DNA from: an uncultured bacterium
GTDB lineage: Bacteria > Patescibacteriota > Minisyncoccia > Phycocordibacterales > GWA1-40-21
Length of the DNA: 64,000 nucleotides
Assembly: GCA_963804975.1 (NCBI GenBank)
Contig: CAWDSG010000002.1
Location: 341,015-405,014 of the forward strand
Direction: 5' to 3'
The number at the start of each line of letters is the position of its first letter. The first letter of the stretch is position 1. A program made the translations under genes and the position numbers. The notes under the pieces are model-generated. The model worked only from the letters and a program-made list of their open reading frames with translations. It did not search any database and was not told the origin of the DNA. Positions 9,111 through 18,504 of this stretch are shown piece after piece.

Positions 9111-9190
9111 TTATTTACTGCCCCAAGCTCTTGACTTTTTTAATCAAACGTGCTAGCATTATAAGGAATCCGTCTAAGACGGATTTTATT

Positions 9191-9697
9191 ATGATAGAAC
9201 TTATAACAACGTCGTTTTTCGTTTTCTCATCTATCTATGGAGGGCCGACAGGAGCTGTGGCAGATAATCAAGCTGCAACTTCTCCGGAACCTACGATAGC
9301 TAAAGAGGCGACAACGACCACAAACCTGCCTACCGGCCAGGCAGGAATACCGACAAACGAAGGAATCAAAGCTAAAGCGATAGCTTACTTCAAAAACACG
9401 CCGATACTTGCGGATATTGCCGGATGCGAATCAAGATTCAGGCAGTATGACAAGAACGGCAAAGTATTGATTGGCGAGGTCAATAAAGGCGATATCGGAG
9501 TCATGCAGATAAACAAATATTATCATGCAGACAAAGCGGAATCGCTCGGTTATGACCTCAATACTGCGGAAGGCAATATGGCATATGCCAAGTATCTCTA
9601 TGAGAAGGAAGGCACAAAGCCATGGAATTCGTCATCGGCTTGCTGGAAAGGAGGAGATACGCAATCTTCCTCGACAGATCAGGTCGCAATGAGATAA
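9191..9697 (+). CDS. secreted Rpf-like / lysozyme-like transglycosylase-domain protein
   Basis: 'IAGCESRFRQY...GDIGVMQINKYYH...KPWNSSSACW' resembles the resuscitation-promoting-factor transglycosylase-like domain (AxCES ... G.MQ ... W...C). Track ORF begins with TTG at 9131; ATG 9191 gives a signal-peptide-like N-terminus. Confidence 0.55.
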   Translation: MIELITTSFFVFSSIYGGPTGAVADNQAATSPEPTIAKEATTTTNLPTGQAGIPTNEGIKAKAIAYFKNTPILADIAGCESRFRQYDKNGKVLIGEVNKGDIGVMQINKYYHADKAESLGYDLNTAEGNMAYAKYLYEKEGTKPWNSSSACWKGGDTQSSSTDQVAMR

Positions 9698-9810
9698 AAG
9701 CTCGCTCGGATATTCAATTTTGAGATCCGCATAATTTTCTGCTGAAAATTTGCTCAGGACTTGTGCCGTCGCACTCCGTAGCTCTCAAAATTGAATGTCC
9801 TCGCTCGTGC
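9698..9810 (+). repeat. long-hairpin intergenic element, copy B
   Basis: Starts at base after stop (9695-9697); 20-bp arms ggatattcaattttgagatc (9708-9727) / gctctcaaaattgaatgtcc (9781-9800); loop has ATTTTCTGCTGAAAAT and GCCGTCGCaCTCCgTAG; flanked by ctcgctc direct repeats. Confidence 0.85.
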
Positions 9811-9895
9811 TAATGGTTAGGGAATAGCTGGCTTATAGTAGTTGTGTCGCACAATATATCTTTGCGACACGATATGCTAAGGAAGCCCTTCTAAC

Positions 9896-10516
9896 TCATT
9901 CTTTAAAATCAAATAGGTCTTCTTCGCTAAAACGAACTTTGGGTAATTTAGCATGAGTATCATCAGAACTTCTGTACCCTATTGGAAGAAGGACTTTCGG
10001 TTCCAGATTGTCTGGCAAGTTCAGAGCTTTTTTAACGGATGTAAAATCCACTGCTTCCATAGCACAAGAATCGACTTTAAGTTCGGCACAAGCCGCTATA
10101 GCAAAGCCAAGAGCTATATATGTCTGTTCGGTTGCCCATTCCGCTCCCATTTTTTCCGAGAATTCAACAGCGCCGTTTTCATAGTTATATTCGGGGTCGT
10201 TTGTAATATCAGCTCTGCCTGTTTTGGAAGCTATTTGAACGAAATCTTTGGCTCTTTTTCTTATATCTAAATCTGCACAGAACACCAATACATGCGAACA
10301 AGTTATTATTTGTTTTTGATCCCAAAAAGCTCGTGGATTTAAATCCTTTTTAAGTTGGTCATTTTCAATTACAGTAATGTGATATGGTTGAATGCCAAAC
10401 GAACTTGGAGATAGACGAATGGTTTCTAATATTTTTTTTAAAATATCTTCCGGCACTTTTCTGCCGTCAAATTCTTTTGTGGCATATCGCCAATTTAGAT
10501 TTTCAATAAATCCCAT
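9896..10516 (-). CDS. NAD(P)H nitroreductase family protein
   Basis: 206 aa; 'RYATKEFDGRKVPEDILKKILE...SPSSFGIQPYHITVI' classic nitroreductase N-terminus. Confidence 0.85.
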   Translation of the reverse strand: MGFIENLNWRYATKEFDGRKVPEDILKKILETIRLSPSSFGIQPYHITVIENDQLKKDLNPRAFWDQKQIITCSHVLVFCADLDIRKRAKDFVQIASKTGRADITNDPEYNYENGAVEFSEKMGAEWATEQTYIALGFAIAACAELKVDSCAMEAVDFTSVKKALNLPDNLEPKVLLPIGYRSSDDTHAKLPKVRFSEEDLFDFKE

Positions 10517-10544
10517 TTTATTTCCTCAATCTTGCTTTCTTGCT

Positions 10545-10814
10545 TTACGGTGTTGTGCTTGTTGCTGCCGTGTGAAGACCGGCTTGAATTCCATTCCAGA
10601 GGACGCCGACAATAAGCGTGTTCCAAATCCACATAACAGGGCCGGAAATCCATGACCAAATAGTAACTAATATGTTCCAAAGCCAAGAAAGGTTTGCCTG
10701 CACCGGCTGGGAATGTATGACGTTGTTTATATTAATGCCAAAATAACCCAAGACGATGAGTATCAAAATGATAATTATTACGTCCATTATCAATCCTCCT
10801 TTGTTATATTTCAT
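10545..10814 (-). CDS. small membrane protein, hypothetical
   Basis: 89 aa, two hydrophobic helices, Trp-rich. Confidence 0.4.
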   Translation of the reverse strand: MKYNKGGLIMDVIIIILILIVLGYFGININNVIHSQPVQANLSWLWNILVTIWSWISGPVMWIWNTLIVGVLWNGIQAGLHTAATSTTP

Positions 10815-10869
10815 ATAAAAATTTGCTTATAGATGAATAAATAACCTTTGTCAAATTATACCATAATTT

Positions 10870-12210
10870 TTATTGCAAATCATCTATTGCCGACTTTATC
10901 CTTTTAAGAGATTCAGTTTTACCAAGAGTATTCAACAGAATAAACGGATCGGGGGACTTTTCCCTTCCTGAAAGCGATACTCGGAGAGGCCATAAAACAT
11001 TGCCTCTCCCCTTCTTTTCGGCAAACGGCATCAAAGTTTCTTTCAGTTTTTCCGATATAAAATTTTTATCGGATATTTTTTCTAAAATTTTAGATATTGC
11101 AGAAAGATTTTCTTTGGCTTCAGTTTGAGTACTTTCTTTTTTCCAGACAATCATATTTTTATCTATCTTTGGCGCTTCAAAAAAGTACTGTATATCTCTA
11201 TCAGCAACCATTTTGTCTATATCGGACCAGACGCTTATCCTTTCTTTGATTATCGGCTCAATTTTCTCTATTATTTTCTTGTCTTGGCAATTTTTCGGCA
11301 ACCTATTCCCTATTTCCTCAATAATTTTTTGAGCGGGAAGTTTCCTCATATATTCCTTGTTGAACCACAAAAGTTTTTCTATATTGAAAACTGCACCGGC
11401 TTTCTGCACTTTCATAATATCAAATTTTTCTATAATTTCGTCCATAGGCATAATTTCTTCAGTCCCTCCTGGATTCCATCCGCAGAATGCGAGAAAATTT
11501 ACCATCGCTTCCGGCAAGAATCCCTGTTCCCTGTAATATTTCAGAGAAACCATTTCGCCTAATTGCCTTTTTGAAAGTTTTGATCTGTTGGTATTCAAAA
11601 TAAACGGCATATGGGCATATATCGGTCTTGGAGCGCCGATTGCTTCCTGTATGAGAATCTGCCTCGGAGTATTATAAATTCCATCCTCCCCTCTTATTAT
11701 GTGAGTCACTCTCATTTCAAAATCATCCACAACGACGGCAAAATGATATATCGGCTCGCTCAAACTTTTTGCAATGACAAAATCGCCGAGCTCTGCGGTA
11801 TCCACCGCCACTTCGCCTCGTATCATATCTTCAAATACGACTTTTTTGCCCGGATTTTTAAGGCGTATGACCTCGGTTCTCTGGCCTTCTTCCTTTATTT
11901 CCTCTTTTGAAACATAAGCTTTTCCTTCAGCAATGATTTTTTCCAGATATTTTTTGTAAGTGGCGGTATGTTCGGATTGCTTATAAATATTCTTAAAATC
12001 AATATCAATACCGAGCCATTTCAGGCCGTCTATGATATCGTCGGCATATTCTTTCTTTGAACGCTCTTTGTCGGTGTCTTCAAGCCGGAAAAGAAGCTCG
12101 CCTTTGTTTTTTTTGACGAAAAAATAATTAAAAAGCGCCGTTCGGGCATTGCCGATATGAAAAGGACCGGTCGGCGAAGGCGGAAATCTTGCTATAATTT
12201 TATTCTTCAT
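10870..12210 (-). CDS. gltX: glutamyl-tRNA synthetase
   Basis: 'RFPPSPTGPFHIGNARTALFNYFF' (HIGH region) and 'KLSKR' (KMSKS) class-I GluRS motifs. Confidence 0.9.
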   Translation of the reverse strand: MKNKIIARFPPSPTGPFHIGNARTALFNYFFVKKNKGELLFRLEDTDKERSKKEYADDIIDGLKWLGIDIDFKNIYKQSEHTATYKKYLEKIIAEGKAYVSKEEIKEEGQRTEVIRLKNPGKKVVFEDMIRGEVAVDTAELGDFVIAKSLSEPIYHFAVVVDDFEMRVTHIIRGEDGIYNTPRQILIQEAIGAPRPIYAHMPFILNTNRSKLSKRQLGEMVSLKYYREQGFLPEAMVNFLAFCGWNPGGTEEIMPMDEIIEKFDIMKVQKAGAVFNIEKLLWFNKEYMRKLPAQKIIEEIGNRLPKNCQDKKIIEKIEPIIKERISVWSDIDKMVADRDIQYFFEAPKIDKNMIVWKKESTQTEAKENLSAISKILEKISDKNFISEKLKETLMPFAEKKGRGNVLWPLRVSLSGREKSPDPFILLNTLGKTESLKRIKSAIDDLQ

Positions 12211-13330
12211 GCTTTAAACCAAGATTAAGTATCTCTTTTGCGATCAGATGCGCGGCGTCTGTTTTGATGAAGCTTTTTGCGCCATCGGACATTTTTTTCG
12301 CGAGAGCTTTATCATCCATAATCCTTTTTATTTCCGCCAGAAGAATATTCGGCGATAAGTTCCCTTCTTCAATGACTGTGGCTCCGCCGAACTCGGCATA
12401 ATAATAGGCGTTTTGCCTCTGATGGTCGCCGTTTGAATTGGTAATCGGAATTATAATGCTCGGGATTCCCCAAGTGGCTATTTCAAAAATTGTTGAACCA
12501 GCCCGCGATACGATAAGATTTGCGGCGCCTGCGGCCATTGTCATATTGAGATTGTCCAGATAATCAAACGGCCTGTACCGGTCTTTGTGCGCATTGTCGG
12601 CAAGGATGACGCTTGCGGCGCCGAGCGTTTCTCCCATATTCGCCTTCCCTATCTGATGGATTACATAATACTGTGCCACAAGGTCAGGGAGAATATTCAG
12701 TATTTTTTCATTGATGATTTGAGCGCCAAGCGAGCCGCCGAGCACCAATATCGCCGGAATATTTTCTTTAAGATTGAGGAACTGCCTTGCGCTTTCCCGC
12801 GTCTCTGCCATCACGATATTTTTTCTGACCGGATTTCCGGTAACGGCGACTTTTGACGCGTTGAAAAATTTTGCCGCCGAAGGATATGATACGGCGATTC
12901 TTTTTGCGAATTTTCCGGCCCAAAGATTCGTCCTTCCCGGCGAAGAATCGGACTCATGTATGATAATAGGTATTCTGAAAAATCTAGCCGCTACAAGCAC
13001 GGGAAAACTCGTATACGCTCCTTTGCTGAAAACAACATCCGGAAATACATGGAATACTTTTATTGCCGCCGAAAAAATACCGGCTATTGCTTTGAAAATG
13101 TCAAAAAAATTGAGAACGGAAAAATATCTTCGCAACTTACCAGCGGGAATCTTTATGAATTGTACGTTGTTTTCAACGAGCATTTCCGCGTCGTGCGGAG
13201 AATCGGACATATAAAAAAGCTCCACCGGAAGCAATTTTTCCTCTTTGACTATTTTATTTATTTCTTCCGCGACGGCTATAAGCGGATAAAAATGCCCGCC
13301 TGATCCGCCGCCTGTCAATAAAATCTTCAT
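12200..13330 (-). CDS. murG: UDP-GlcNAc:undecaprenyl-PP-MurNAc-pentapeptide GlcNAc transferase
   Basis: 'MKILLTGGGSGGHFYPLIAVAEE' N-terminal G-loop typical of MurG; 376 aa; overlaps gltX by 11 nt. Confidence 0.9.
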   Translation of the reverse strand: MKILLTGGGSGGHFYPLIAVAEEINKIVKEEKLLPVELFYMSDSPHDAEMLVENNVQFIKIPAGKLRRYFSVLNFFDIFKAIAGIFSAAIKVFHVFPDVVFSKGAYTSFPVLVAARFFRIPIIIHESDSSPGRTNLWAGKFAKRIAVSYPSAAKFFNASKVAVTGNPVRKNIVMAETRESARQFLNLKENIPAILVLGGSLGAQIINEKILNILPDLVAQYYVIHQIGKANMGETLGAASVILADNAHKDRYRPFDYLDNLNMTMAAGAANLIVSRAGSTIFEIATWGIPSIIIPITNSNGDHQRQNAYYYAEFGGATVIEEGNLSPNILLAEIKRIMDDKALAKKMSDGAKSFIKTDAAHLIAKEILNLGLKHEE

Positions 13331-13338
13331 CTTATATT

Positions 13339-14436
13339 TTAATTAGCAAATTTTGAAATATTCAGAACAATTCCCAATTCCGCAAGCATTATAAACATTG
13401 ATGTTCCTCCTTGGCTGAAAAATGCAAGCGGAATGCCGGAAAAAGGCACGATGCCAAGCACTGAGCCGATGTTTGTAAAAGATTGGATCGCTATGATTAT
13501 AACAATTCCAACCACTAAAAGTCCACTGAAATTATCGGGCGCTTTAATGGCGATGCGCAAACCCTTGAATATGAAAAAAAGCAGAAATCCGATGACGCAG
13601 ATGCAGCCGACAAAACCAAGCTCTTCGGCCAGAACGGCAAAAATAGAATCGGTTATGGATTCCGGGAGAAAATTGTATTTCTGGATGCTTTGTCCCAGGC
13701 CTCTTCCGAAAAATTGCCCAGAACCAATCGCAATCAGGGATTGTTGGACCTGATATCCCGACGTCAGGGAATTTTCCGCCGGATGTATGAATGTTTCGAT
13801 CCTTGACATTACATAAGGCCGTGAAAACGCGATTGCCGCAAGACAGACGGCGCCGATGATTAAAATCAAAAAAATATGCTTGAATTTGCCGCCGGCAGCC
13901 AGAAACATGGCGATTCCCGTAAGGCAGATGATGATAAAGGAATCCGTGTCAGGCTCCAGCAAAAGCGGCACAGCAATAATTCCAAGTATGACTATAAGCG
14001 GTATCAGGCCGAATTTGATATCTGTAACTTTATCTTTAACGGAAGAAAGCCAGGCCGCGAAGTATACGACAAAGCCGATATTCAACAGAGCGACCGGCTC
14101 CAAAGAGAGCCCGGCAAAAACGATCCATCGGCGGGCGCCGTTTATTTTTGCTCCGACATGAGGAATAAAGACCGCAATCGTTATGAGAAGCGAGGCAAGA
14201 AAAATAAACAAAGCGTATTTTTTGAAAAATTTATAATTTATTTTTGAAAAGACGAAGCAAGCCAAAAGACCGAGTATGATTCCGAAAAATGCCTGCTTGA
14301 AAGCGATGGAACTGAACTCTGCGCTGTTCTCGGCCAAAAGCCCCATTGAAGCGGACATAAAAATCACAAAACCGAAAACAACAAGCGCTATGATTGAAAA
14401 CAGGAATGTTTTGTCTACCTCAAAAATCTTGGACAT
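13339..14436 (-). CDS. ftsW: SEDS-family peptidoglycan glycosyltransferase (FtsW/RodA)
   Basis: 365 aa, about 10 TM helices, placed between mraY and murG. Confidence 0.8.
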   Translation of the reverse strand: MSKIFEVDKTFLFSIIALVVFGFVIFMSASMGLLAENSAEFSSIAFKQAFFGIILGLLACFVFSKINYKFFKKYALFIFLASLLITIAVFIPHVGAKINGARRWIVFAGLSLEPVALLNIGFVVYFAAWLSSVKDKVTDIKFGLIPLIVILGIIAVPLLLEPDTDSFIIICLTGIAMFLAAGGKFKHIFLILIIGAVCLAAIAFSRPYVMSRIETFIHPAENSLTSGYQVQQSLIAIGSGQFFGRGLGQSIQKYNFLPESITDSIFAVLAEELGFVGCICVIGFLLFFIFKGLRIAIKAPDNFSGLLVVGIVIIIAIQSFTNIGSVLGIVPFSGIPLAFFSQGGTSMFIMLAELGIVLNISKFAN

Positions 14437-14488
14437 TCTGGTTGAAAAATTTTAATTTGCGATTTTTTTAATCCGTTTTTGTGCCAGC

Positions 14489-15547
14489 TTAACTCACTAA
14501 AACCAAAATAGTTCCGAGAATAACCGACATGACCGCAATAATCCAGTATCTCATCACTATTTTTTCTCTTGACCACCCGATAGCTTCAAGATGGTGATGA
14601 AGCGGCGCAACCTTGAATACTTTTTTATTGAAAAATTTGTACGAAACAATCTGAATGATATCGGAAAGCGAAGTGGCGACCAAAGGAAAAGCGATAATCG
14701 GCAGTACAAGAACGGAATTCGTTATAAACGCAATGACGGAAATCAAGACGGTAAGCCCAAGCATGCCGGTTTCTCCCATATAAAACCGAGCCGGCGGGAC
14801 ATTGAACCAAAGAAACGCCAAAATTCCTCCAGAGGTCGCTGCGCACAAAGCAGAGATATCTATCTGATGATTGGCGAAAGAAATAATGGCGTATGCGGTG
14901 AAAATTGAAGCCAGAATTCCGCCCGAAAGCCCGTCAATTCCGTCAACAACACTTGTGGAAAAAACCGCAAGCATAATGATGACGAAAAAAGGTATGAACA
15001 GCAGACCGATCGTCGCGTCTCCGAAAAACGGTACGTGGATATAATTTACGCCAAGCTTGTAATAAAACCAAAGGCTGATAAAAAAGCCTATAGCGATGAC
15101 CGTAACAATTTTTATTTTTCTGTAAATCAATTTATCTTCCGCGTACGATCCTTTTCCGATTATCTGCAGTATGTCGTCAATAAGCCCTATAATCGCTCCG
15201 GCAATGAATGCGGCAAGCGGAACCAGCGTCTGGTTTCTGCTCAAAAAATTCAATTTGGAAGTCATATCGTTCGGAAAAATTATAGACAGGAGATAAATCA
15301 ATCCGATGGAAAGAAGCACCGATATCCAGATAATAATTCCGCCAATCCTTGGAGTCGAAAGCTCGCCTTTGGTATTATGGATTTTTGCGAAATTGTCGTT
15401 TGTATCCGATAAAGTCCTCGGATTTTTTTTCCACATCTTATGCCTGTAAAAAAAATCGGTGAAAAAAGGCGTAATGAAAATAGCCAAAAAAAATGTCAAA
15501 GCGGACGGTATAACGACTTTTAATACATCTATCATCATTTTATTCAA
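14489..15547 (-). CDS. mraY: phospho-N-acetylmuramoyl-pentapeptide transferase
   Basis: 'VDGIDGLSGG' MraY signature; 352 aa polytopic. Confidence 0.9.
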   Translation of the reverse strand: MNKMMIDVLKVVIPSALTFFLAIFITPFFTDFFYRHKMWKKNPRTLSDTNDNFAKIHNTKGELSTPRIGGIIIWISVLLSIGLIYLLSIIFPNDMTSKLNFLSRNQTLVPLAAFIAGAIIGLIDDILQIIGKGSYAEDKLIYRKIKIVTVIAIGFFISLWFYYKLGVNYIHVPFFGDATIGLLFIPFFVIIMLAVFSTSVVDGIDGLSGGILASIFTAYAIISFANHQIDISALCAATSGGILAFLWFNVPPARFYMGETGMLGLTVLISVIAFITNSVLVLPIIAFPLVATSLSDIIQIVSYKFFNKKVFKVAPLHHHLEAIGWSREKIVMRYWIIAVMSVILGTILVLVS

Positions 15548-17379
15548 GATTTAACGATAAAAATATTGTACCATAACGCGAGCATCAATAAAGTGTAGAT
15601 TTTTCTTGAATTGTCCGTTTTCTTGCCGGTATGGTCCGAAATCATTTTTCGGATATAATCGGTGTTAAAGTGTTTTTTTATATATTCGTTGCCGAGGATT
15701 TTTTCAAAAATATTTTTTCTGTCCTCGGTAAGCCAGTTTCTTATCGGTATGGGAAAACCGAGTTTTTTTCTGACACGCGTTTTTTCAGGAATGATATTTT
15801 TAAACGATTCCCGCAGCAGATATTTTGTGATTCCTCCTTTCCATTTCAATCTGTCCGGCAGTATCTGTGCGAGCTTATACACTTCCATATCCAAAAACGG
15901 CACACGGAGTTCAAGGGAATGAGCCATTGTCATTTTGTCCGCTTTGGCCAAAATGTCGCCGACAAGCCAAGTATTTATGTCTATATACTGCATTTTTGAC
16001 GAATCGGAAAGGTTTTTTATATTCTGGTACAGAGGTTTTAAGGAAATTGCCGTGTAATTGCCCCCTTTCCATAAATTTGCCAGTTCATTTTTTTTGAAAA
16101 TTGACGCGTTTCCGATGTACCAATCCTCGATATTTTCATACGCCCTGTGCAAAAAATTTTTTCCCCAAAAATAAAAAGGCAGGCGGATAAAAAATCCGAT
16201 CAAATTTTTGGGCAGCCATGATATTTTTTTGTAGGCGAACGGAGCGAGATAAATGTTGTATCCGCCGAAAAGCTCGTCGGCGCCTTCGCCCGAAAGGACG
16301 ACGGTAACATGTTTTCTCGCTTCTCTGGCCACAAAATAAAGCCCGATAGCCGAAGGGTCCGCGACCGGCTCGTCAAAATGCCATGCCGCCTTTTCCAAAT
16401 GCGAGAAATATTCATCCGGTCCGACAGTGATTTCCGTATGGTCGGTTCCCAAAAAATCCGATGTCTGCATTGATTCCCTGCCTTCGGTCAGCGTATCAAA
16501 TCCCACCGTAAACGTTTTTACTTTTTTGCCTTTTTTTGTGCGGTTCAAAATTTTCTGCATCAAAGTGGCAATGATGCTTGAATCGATTCCACCCGATAAA
16601 AACGATCCGACGGGGACATCGGCAATCATATGATGCTCCACGGAATCCTCAATGGTTTTTAATGTTTTATTTTTAAGGTTTCCATTCAAATCGCTGTTTT
16701 GCCGGAATTCAAAAGACCAATATCTTTTTATCTCATATTTTCCGGAATCGACGGAAATTTTCATAAAATGGCCGGGCGAGAGCTTGAAAATATTTTTTAA
16801 AAAAGTTTCTTCCAGAGGATTGTATTGAAAGGACAGGTAGTTATATACGGCGTTGTCATTAACTTCCCTTTTAAAAGCGGGAATAGACAAGAAACTTTTT
16901 ATTTCCGATGAAAAAGCTAAAACGGAATTTTCCTGTTTTAAATAATATAATGGCTTGATGCCGAAGAAATCTCTGGCTATGAAAATAGTTTTTGCGTTCC
17001 TGTCATAAATTGAAAATGCGAACATTCCCCTTAATTTTACCAGCATTTTATCGCCGTATTTTTCGTAGAGATGCAAAATCACTTCCGTGTCGGAATTCGT
17101 TTTCCAGACAAAATCTTTTTCAATCTCTTTTCTCAGTTCTTTGTAATTGTAAATCTCGCCGTTAAAAAAAATAATTTTTGATCCGTCATCGGATAAAATA
17201 GGCTGTTTTCCCGTAGAAAGATCTATTATAGATAATCTTCTCATGCCCAATCCCACGAAATTATCAGCAAAATAACCATCCTGGTCAGGACCTCGATGGA
17301 CAAGAGCATCAACCATTTTTCTGTTTATGCCGGCCTTGTCCGGTATATTCGCGCCGATAATTCCGCAGATTCCGCACAT
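15544..17379 (-). CDS. asnB: asparagine synthetase (glutamine-hydrolysing) family amidotransferase
   Basis: 'MCGICGIIG' N-terminal nucleophile Cys2, 'SGGIDSS' PP-loop; 611 aa; 4-nt overlap with mraY start. Confidence 0.85.
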   Translation of the reverse strand: MCGICGIIGANIPDKAGINRKMVDALVHRGPDQDGYFADNFVGLGMRRLSIIDLSTGKQPILSDDGSKIIFFNGEIYNYKELRKEIEKDFVWKTNSDTEVILHLYEKYGDKMLVKLRGMFAFSIYDRNAKTIFIARDFFGIKPLYYLKQENSVLAFSSEIKSFLSIPAFKREVNDNAVYNYLSFQYNPLEETFLKNIFKLSPGHFMKISVDSGKYEIKRYWSFEFRQNSDLNGNLKNKTLKTIEDSVEHHMIADVPVGSFLSGGIDSSIIATLMQKILNRTKKGKKVKTFTVGFDTLTEGRESMQTSDFLGTDHTEITVGPDEYFSHLEKAAWHFDEPVADPSAIGLYFVAREARKHVTVVLSGEGADELFGGYNIYLAPFAYKKISWLPKNLIGFFIRLPFYFWGKNFLHRAYENIEDWYIGNASIFKKNELANLWKGGNYTAISLKPLYQNIKNLSDSSKMQYIDINTWLVGDILAKADKMTMAHSLELRVPFLDMEVYKLAQILPDRLKWKGGITKYLLRESFKNIIPEKTRVRKKLGFPIPIRNWLTEDRKNIFEKILGNEYIKKHFNTDYIRKMISDHTGKKTDNSRKIYTLLMLALWYNIFIVKS

Positions 17380-17423
17380 ATTTCATAATTTAACATATTT
17401 TTACACAAAAGTCCTCTATTTTT

Positions 17424-17533
17424 AACAAGCAAAGGAAGTAATTTTAAATGCCTTGGGAGGAGCGACGGCGACGTACAGAGAAAATTTTCAGCAGAAAATT
17501 TTCGTGCATTTAAAATTACTTCCTTTGCGAGTC
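17424..17533 (-). repeat. long-hairpin intergenic element, copy D (minus orientation)
   Basis: Perfect 23-bp arms gcaaaggaagtaattttaaatgc (17429-17451) / gcatttaaaattacttcctttgc (17506-17528); loop (read on minus strand) ATTTTCTGCTGAAAAT ... GCCGTCGCtCCTCC; lies 3' of the minus-strand DacA-like gene, before asnB. Confidence 0.8.
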
Positions 17534-17572
17534 TTATTCTTTTTGACTTTTTATTTCTTGCGAGACAATTAT

Positions 17573-18496
17573 TCATTCGGAAAGTTTCTCAAGTGCAACA
17601 TGCACGAGCTGTTCCATATCCGAAAACCTGCCTTTTTCGGTCGAACCGAGCAGAGAGATGATCACCGGATGCATGGGGCCGGCGTCAAATGCGATGACAA
17701 GGTTTCCTCCGGCAAGATCGGTATAGCCGGTTTTTGAAGCAATCAGCCCGGGAATCTTGTTTACAAGCATATCGGTATTTATGGCGATATGCTTTATGCC
17801 GTTTTCCGAAACAAAAGATGCCGATTCCTCGGTTGTTTTAGATACAAGAGAAGGATAATTTTCCAATATTTTCTGCAAAAGCACGGCGATATCGCATGCG
17901 GAACTGTAAGCGCCGCCCATATCCGTATTTACATCAAGCCCGGTTTCATTGAAAAAAATTGTGTTTGCAAGTTCAAGCGTTTTGGCTTTTTTATTCATCA
18001 AATCTATTGTACTTGAACTCCGTTCTCCTTCATATTCGTTAAGCGTGCGAGAAAGAGCATGAATGCCGTCATTTGAAGAGCTCATTAAACTGAAATCAAG
18101 AAGATCCACAGCACTCCATTTTTCGCCGGAAAGAAGCCCGGTATCGCCTTCCTCGGCTATATCTTCTTTGCTGATTACAATCGTGCTTGTGGCGGGCAAG
18201 TTTTCGGTAATGATGAGCCCGGACATAAGCTTTGTTATGGAGGCAATCGGCAATTGTTCATGCTCATTTTTTGCAAAAAGAGCTTTTTTTCCGTTTACAT
18301 CGTATACATAAAACGATTTTGCCTGAATGCTCGCGAGCTCGGGCGAATAATCGTAAGTTTCATTCGCTGTTTGTTTGTTTTTTTCGGAAGTGTTCGTAAA
18401 TATTCTGACGCCTAAAATGACAATAATTATGGCAAGGATAAAAAAGAGCGAAAATAAAATAATTTCATTTCTATTTAAAATTTTTTCCTCATCCAT
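17573..18496 (-). CDS. D-alanyl-D-alanine carboxypeptidase (S11, PBP5-like)
   Basis: 'SITKLMS' SxxK active-site motif, N-terminal TM anchor; 307 aa. Confidence 0.8.
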   Translation of the reverse strand: MDEEKILNRNEIILFSLFFILAIIIVILGVRIFTNTSEKNKQTANETYDYSPELASIQAKSFYVYDVNGKKALFAKNEHEQLPIASITKLMSGLIITENLPATSTIVISKEDIAEEGDTGLLSGEKWSAVDLLDFSLMSSSNDGIHALSRTLNEYEGERSSSTIDLMNKKAKTLELANTIFFNETGLDVNTDMGGAYSSACDIAVLLQKILENYPSLVSKTTEESASFVSENGIKHIAINTDMLVNKIPGLIASKTGYTDLAGGNLVIAFDAGPMHPVIISLLGSTEKGRFSDMEQLVHVALEKLSE

Positions 18497-18504
18497 ATTT
18501 GTAT

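Noticed and set aside
9131-9190. Upstream extension of the Rpf-like ORF from a TTG start (MTFLIKRAS...)
   Set aside because: There is no RBS. The TTG belongs to a TTGACT -35-like hexamer. ATG 9191 yields a proper signal-peptide N-terminus.
11125-11562. Long antisense ORFs inside gltX, aspS, dus, GGDEF gene, ppdK (e.g. 11125-11562, 20836-21444, 47892-48683, 54357-55145, 62524-63066)
   Set aside because: These are shadow ORFs on the opposite strand of well-supported genes. They have AT-rich codon artefacts, no RBS and no recognisable motifs.
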